The notes under the pieces were generated by a model. The model saw nothing but the letters and a program-made list of their open reading frames with translations, did no database searches and was not told the DNA's origin. Of a DNA stretch of 64,000 nucleotides, positions 59,089 through 64,000 are shown piece after piece. The DNA is from an uncultured beta proteobacterium (GTDB lineage: Bacteria > Pseudomonadota > Gammaproteobacteria > Burkholderiales > Burkholderiaceae_C), in contig CAIYMN010000301.1 in assembly GCA_903927295.1 (NCBI GenBank), positions 15,857 to 79,856 on the forward strand. The letters run 5' to 3'. Numbering within the stretch: the stretch's first letter is position 1; each line of letters opens with the position of its first letter. The translations under genes and the position numbers were made by a program.

Positions 59089-60359
59089 AGGCACGGCGTC
59101 CCTTTTTGTTTCAATCAATGGCGTCAATCATTGATCAGGCATTGCTGAGCGGACTGAACTTCTTGATTGGCATTGCGTTGATACGCTATGCGTCCAAAGA
59201 GACATACGGACTGTACTCGCAGCTCTTTGGCGTCGGTTTACTGACCACGACGCTTCTTGACGCCTTGATTGGGGCAGCTTTAACGACCTTGTCCGCAAGG
59301 CTGTCGCCCGATGACCGTGTGAGCTTTGTAGCGAGAACGGCAAGGATTCACTGGGTCGTTTCTGCTGCGCTTGCCGCTTTGGCTGGCACCGGTGTCTGGG
59401 CGTTTGCCGAAACACTGGCACTCGCTGAAAGTTCCGTTGCGCTCGGCTTGGCCTTTGCAGCCTTCACTTTTTCCCTGGCAAGTCGTGAATACTGTCGAAC
59501 CGCATTGTTCATTCGTTCTCACTCTGACGTGGTTGCCAAGTTAGACCTAGTCTTTGTAGTCCTTACCTTGCTCGGTGCCACGCTCCTTTTGTTGGTCGAC
59601 AACATCACCGTAACCGAGATTATTTGCCTGCTCGCCACATCCAACGGCATCGCTGCTGCGCTATACAGCAGAAGTCTGGTCCGTGATGCTGATCCGAATA
59701 CGCATTGGAAAGACTATTCCAAAGACGTCCGCGCTCTTTGGTCATTGAGTCGATGGGCAGTGGCCGGGTCCGTTCTTGGCTGGTTCGGCAACAACAGCTA
59801 CCTGTATTTCGTGGGAGGCCTTGTCGGTGTGGCCGCATTGGCGGACTTGAATGCTGCCCGACTGCTGCTCATGCCCATCGTCATTGTCGGAATGGCCTGG
59901 TCTAGGGTCGCGCGTCCAGCCATGGGACAAATGATTGCCAACTCGGACTGGGAAAAGCTGCGACGCTTCGTCCTGAAATCTTTTATGACCATGGAGGGCA
60001 TCACGATTGTTTATGTAGTTGTTTTGCTTACAAGCTTTCCGTGGCTCTCATCACACATTTTGGGTGGCAAGTACCGTGATATTTTGGTTCTGCTAATGCT
60101 TTGGGGTTGCTACTTCGCTGCCAATGCTGCACGTATCATAGGGACAACCGTCCTTACCAGTTTGGGTGCGTTTCGGGCACTTTTTTGGCAAGGCTTGGTG
60201 TCGGTCTTCCTTCTGGTTTTGATGTGGTCGTGGTGGATACCTCAGTTTGGCGCAATCGGAGGCGTATCGGCAATGATCGTCGTGGAACTTGGTGAGTTGC
60301 TGGCAAATCATTTGTACCTCCTGCCTCGCGCGAAAGCGAAACTGCTGGTATTGGAGTAG
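59085..60359 (+). CDS. second Wzx-like flippase
   Basis: DQALLSGLNF..YGLY, polytopic; same type as 39775..41031. Confidence 0.78.
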   Translation: MKARRPFLFQSMASIIDQALLSGLNFLIGIALIRYASKETYGLYSQLFGVGLLTTTLLDALIGAALTTLSARLSPDDRVSFVARTARIHWVVSAALAALAGTGVWAFAETLALAESSVALGLAFAAFTFSLASREYCRTALFIRSHSDVVAKLDLVFVVLTLLGATLLLLVDNITVTEIICLLATSNGIAAALYSRSLVRDADPNTHWKDYSKDVRALWSLSRWAVAGSVLGWFGNNSYLYFVGGLVGVAALADLNAARLLLMPIVIVGMAWSRVARPAMGQMIANSDWEKLRRFVLKSFMTMEGITIVYVVVLLTSFPWLSSHILGGKYRDILVLLMLWGCYFAANAARIIGTTVLTSLGAFRALFWQGLVSVFLLVLMWSWWIPQFGAIGGVSAMIVVELGELLANHLYLLPRAKAKLLVLE

Positions 60360-60365
60360 GGCCGC

Positions 60366-61304
60366 TTGATGATCAGCGTTTGCCTATGCACGTTCCGCAG
60401 GCCAGCCATGCTGGCCTCCCTGCTTGACGCTCTTGGGCAACAGGAGTTCGATCATCTAAAAGCAGGCGTGGAACTGGTGGTGGCAGACAACGATCCTGAT
60501 CATTCCGCCCGTTCTGTGCTGGAATCGTGGATCATCCCGACCGGGTTCACTCTGGTATTCGAGCATGTGCCAGAACCCAACATCTCGTTAGCTAGAAATG
60601 CGACAGTTCGGATGGCTTCAGGCGACTTTATCGCATTTGTAGATGATGACGAAACACCGACTCCGCACTGGCTAAGGCACTTGGTTGAGACGCAGCGCAA
60701 ATTCGATGCAGACGCTGTATTTGGCCCGGTCGTTCCTCGCTACCATGGCGAAACACCAATGTGGTTGCGGCAGGGGGGGTTTTTTGAACGGCCCAGGTTC
60801 GTCACAGGAACATTGATCGATATACAAAACGCGCGTACCGGGAACGTCTTGATCAAGGCCGAACGCCTCAAACGCCTGAAAGAGCCGTTTGACCCGTCGT
60901 TTGGTCGAACGGGCGGCGAGGATAGTCTCTTGTTTCGTCGACTATTGGCTGAAGGAAATACCCTGCGATGGTGTGACGAAGCGCTTGTCTTTGAAGAGGT
61001 TCCATTGGAACGGGCCAATGCAGCGTGGCTACTTAGACGTTCATTCAGGGTTGGGCAGACCTGGATACGCGCTGAGCTTTATCGACTCGCCTGGCACGAT
61101 CGAGTGCTTCGTGGCTGCTTCTTGGGCATACGAGCCAGCATGCAGTTATTGATGAGCCTTGGTTGTGCTCTGGCGTGGCTCCCATTTTCTCGCATCAAAA
61201 CGTTTTACTGGATTCGAACGGCAGCGGCACAAGTCGGAAAACTGGCCGGCATGACCCGATTTCAGCACCAAGAGTATGGAAACAAACGTAGCCCGATGGG
61301 ATGA
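60366..61304 (+). CDS. glycosyltransferase family 2 (ExoM-like)
   Basis: CTFRRP, VADND, FVDDDE and TGGED. Confidence 0.88.
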   Translation: MMISVCLCTFRRPAMLASLLDALGQQEFDHLKAGVELVVADNDPDHSARSVLESWIIPTGFTLVFEHVPEPNISLARNATVRMASGDFIAFVDDDETPTPHWLRHLVETQRKFDADAVFGPVVPRYHGETPMWLRQGGFFERPRFVTGTLIDIQNARTGNVLIKAERLKRLKEPFDPSFGRTGGEDSLLFRRLLAEGNTLRWCDEALVFEEVPLERANAAWLLRRSFRVGQTWIRAELYRLAWHDRVLRGCFLGIRASMQLLMSLGCALAWLPFSRIKTFYWIRTAAAQVGKLAGMTRFQHQEYGNKRSPMG

Positions 61305-62556
61305 GCGTCTAGTCACGGGATTGGTGTTCACGGCAACGATCTTTGCTTTGCTGCCGCCTGGATTTTCCTGGACGGATCACAATGACAGTTCCACGTTCCT
61401 CGAGGGATCTCTCGGGTTTCAATTGCAGTGGGGAACTCTTTTTGCTGTCTCAGCGTTCGTCGTCGCGCGGCATCGGGCGCTGACACTTGCGAATTTACGT
61501 GCGATGAACCCGTTCATTTTGGCCATGCTCGTTTACTCCGCTGCCAGCGCGATTTGGTCCCCGGTCGATTACGTGACAATCAAGAAGGTAATTCAATTTG
61601 CCGGCTTGATCATCTTTGGTTTGGCTATTCAGGCTGACGGAAAGCCTTGGACGCATTTGTTCCAGGTGATGGTGGCAGCAATAACAGCAATTGAGTTCGT
61701 GTCGGCCATTGTCGCAATCGTCAATCCTTCCTTCGGGATAGATGCGTACTTTGGCTATGCTTGGCGCGGCATAACATCTGGGAAAAATCAATTGGGTGGT
61801 ATCGGAGCACTAGGTACCCTGCTGTGGGTGGCGCTATGGAGAGTTAATACTGCTAGCCGATCCATGTTTTGGTTTGGATTCGGTCTCAGTCTGCTGTGTG
61901 TCGTTATGTCGAAAAGCTCCACTAGCGCCACAATCGCTGCCTTGGGCCTGTTCGTATTTTGGTTGCTGCGCAAACAACATATCGGATCACAGCTGTGGCT
62001 TCAGCGAATTATTGTCATCGTCGGTATGGTTCTACTGGTTATAGGCCACCTGTTTTTTGTCATCGAAGGACACTTCCCCGAAGCCAGCGAGCTAGTGGAA
62101 CCGTTTGCCAATTTATTTGGCAAGAATGCTGACCTGACTGGCCGTGTCGATATCTGGGATCCTCTGATCGTGGAAATCTGGAAACATTGGTTGTTCGGAA
62201 TAGGGTACGGTGCCTTTTGGCTTGGGCCGGGAAGCCCGTCTCAACCTGTGTTGGATCATTTTTCGTGGATTCCCTTGCAAGGCCACAACGGGTATCTTGA
62301 TCTGCTTAACGAACTGGGCGCCACTGGTATGCTGCTGTTTGCCGGACTGTTGGCTTCGCAGATCCGAAGTCTGACTCGTCTGAAACTGATTGACAGAGAA
62401 GCGGCAGCGCTGTTCGCATCACTTCTCGTAACGATCCTTTTTTCCAACGTTACCGAAAGTTCCATCTTTAAGGGTGTGGCTTTTTACTTCCTGCTCCTGA
62501 TACTTTCGTGCATTAGCGTAACCTCAGTATTGAACAAACGACGCCTGACAAAATAG
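61276..62556 (+). CDS. second Wzy-like polymerase (ExoQ-like)
   Basis: WRGITSGKNQLG, SKSSTS, LTGRVDIW and HNGYLDLLNELG. Confidence 0.82.
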   Translation: METNVARWDERLVTGLVFTATIFALLPPGFSWTDHNDSSTFLEGSLGFQLQWGTLFAVSAFVVARHRALTLANLRAMNPFILAMLVYSAASAIWSPVDYVTIKKVIQFAGLIIFGLAIQADGKPWTHLFQVMVAAITAIEFVSAIVAIVNPSFGIDAYFGYAWRGITSGKNQLGGIGALGTLLWVALWRVNTASRSMFWFGFGLSLLCVVMSKSSTSATIAALGLFVFWLLRKQHIGSQLWLQRIIVIVGMVLLVIGHLFFVIEGHFPEASELVEPFANLFGKNADLTGRVDIWDPLIVEIWKHWLFGIGYGAFWLGPGSPSQPVLDHFSWIPLQGHNGYLDLLNELGATGMLLFAGLLASQIRSLTRLKLIDREAAALFASLLVTILFSNVTESSIFKGVAFYFLLLILSCISVTSVLNKRRLTK

Positions 62557-62574
62557 GATGCTACCGTGAGGCCC

Positions 62575-64000
62575 ATGTTTCGTACCCTTCTTAAGCAACT
62601 GAACACGCTGGCACTACTTTGCGTTCTTGGTAGTCTTTCGGTCAATGCCGCAACGCCTTACTACAGTCTGGACGTCACTCATTCCATCTTTGGTGGATCA
62701 GTGGATGTAAGCGGCATGAACAATGGCTTAACTGCAGCCGACAGAATCACGGTTCAACAAGGTCACTTCTTCAGGATTGGCAGCGATGGTCAACCAGGCA
62801 CTCGGGATGATCGTCGTGTACGCCTTTACGGTGTCAACCTTACCTACAATGCCAATTTTCCAGACACTGATAGGGCGCGCCAAATTGCGCGTCGCCTGCG
62901 CTCCCTGGGGTTCAATGCGGTACGCCTGCATCACCTGGACTCTCCAGGCACTGGCGGCAGTACGGATGATCTGCGCAGCGTTCTGCGGTATGGCCCGTTC
63001 CCGACATTTAACGTGAAGGCAGTTGAGCGCCTGAAAGGTTTCCTCAAGATATTGAAAGAGGAAGGTATCTACGTCAATTTGAACCTCTATGTGGCATACC
63101 GATTCAAGCCTGAGCTTGACAATATCCCCTACGCGACGCCCGGAGTTGCGCTCTTGGGGCAAGCATCCCCAGTGCAGGTTTTTTACCCAAAATTGATTGC
63201 GCTTCAGGCGACCTATGCGCAAGAATTGATACGACTTTTGGGTGTAGGTAACGACCCAATGCTCGCCATGGTGGAGATTCGCAATGAGTCTTCCTTGGCC
63301 TCGGCCTGGCAGGCTTGGGATACCAAGGAGTGGACGGACGCCATTCGGGGGGACTACGCTGATGAACTCACCCGTCAATGGAATGGATGGCTGGTCCGGA
63401 CCTACGGTTCAGTCGATAAGGCCTGTGTGCAATGGACTGGATGCGCGACGACCGAAGCGCAAGCACTGGTTTCACCGGCAGAGGCTGACGATTTTCGTAC
63501 CGGGCAGCGCGCCAGCATCATTGGCAAAGCTGCCGAAAAGCTCAGAACCTGGTCGGGCTGGGCAGCATCGCCGGAAGTGATTTCTGGGAAGGGTCAGCGA
63601 TTCGTTGATTTTGCCCGCTTTATTGTTGACACAGACAGACATTATTTTGAAGAAATCAAGCGCGCCATCCGTACGGTTACACATCCGCTGGTCCCGATCA
63701 CAGGCACGCAAATGGCCTACGGTGAATCGCTAAATTATCTCTCGCAGGGTTCGATGGATTATCTGGATGATCACTTCTATATTGATCATTACAACTATCC
63801 GCGAGCTCCCTGGGCGCCGTACGACTGGCGGATCAGAGACACCCGGCTGACGGCGACAGAACTGAACAATTTGATGGAACTTTCCGCGCGCAGAGATTTG
63901 AATCGCCCATTTGTGATCAGCGAGTACAACCAAGCCTATCCAAACAGGCAAGGCGCTGCAATCACGCCTTTGCTTGCAATACTGGGCGCGCTACAAGACT
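62575..64000 (+). CDS. secreted clan GH-A (GH5-like) glycoside hydrolase, truncated by window end
   Basis: Not in the ORF track. Manual translation from ATG 62575 gives a signal peptide, RLYGVNL, GFNAVRLHHLD, acid/base EIRNES (~63274-63291) and nucleophile-like FVISEYN (~63910-63930), in frame. Confidence 0.8.
   Translation, partial: MFRTLLKQLNTLALLCVLGSLSVNAATPYYSLDVTHSIFGGSVDVSGMNNGLTAADRITVQQGHFFRIGSDGQPGTRDDRRVRLYGVNLTYNANFPDTDRARQIARRLRSLGFNAVRLHHLDSPGTGGSTDDLRSVLRYGPFPTFNVKAVERLKGFLKILKEEGIYVNLNLYVAYRFKPELDNIPYATPGVALLGQASPVQVFYPKLIALQATYAQELIRLLGVGNDPMLAMVEIRNESSLASAWQAWDTKEWTDAIRGDYADELTRQWNGWLVRTYGSVDKACVQWTGCATTEAQALVSPAEADDFRTGQRASIIGKAAEKLRTWSGWAASPEVISGKGQRFVDFARFIVDTDRHYFEEIKRAIRTVTHPLVPITGTQMAYGESLNYLSQGSMDYLDDHFYIDHYNYPRAPWAPYDWRIRDTRLTATELNNLMELSARRDLNRPFVISEYNQAYPNRQGAAITPLLAILGALQD

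Noticed and set aside
62728-63378. 216-aa minus-strand ORF
   Set aside because: Shadow of the plus-strand GH5-like gene
1-64000. CRISPR arrays, IS elements, integrases, tRNA/rRNA genes, riboswitches
   Set aside because: None recognised by eye and intergenic gaps are short; a covariance-model scan would be needed to exclude small RNAs

Overview
GC-rich betaproteobacterial chromosome segment, Comamonadaceae-like (inferred from protein style and gene context). After a housekeeping edge (partial BepA-like M48 protease, moaC, PglL-type O-oligosaccharyltransferase), about 60 kb is one contiguous surface-polysaccharide region. It holds (1) a translationally coupled five-gene operon: bcsE, TPR/beta-barrel porin, PgaC/IcaA-like GT2, a 71-aa membrane protein and a CE4 deacetylase, plus a divergently encoded lipoprotein paralog of the deacetylase that has lost its catalytic histidines; (2) a bcsD-P-Q-A-B-Z-C cellulose operon ending in a small TPR gene and a second bcsQ; (3) a stand-alone PilZ gene; (4) an exosortase-B-associated Wzx/Wzy eps cluster with unusual tailoring enzymes; and (5) a second epsEFG/wzx/wzy module that runs off the window in a GH5-like gene. 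The best candidate for an undescribed system is the BcsE-led Pga-like synthase module with its intact/degenerate deacetylase pair. No rRNA, tRNA, CRISPR array or transposase was recognised. All calls come from reading motifs by eye; no database searches were run.
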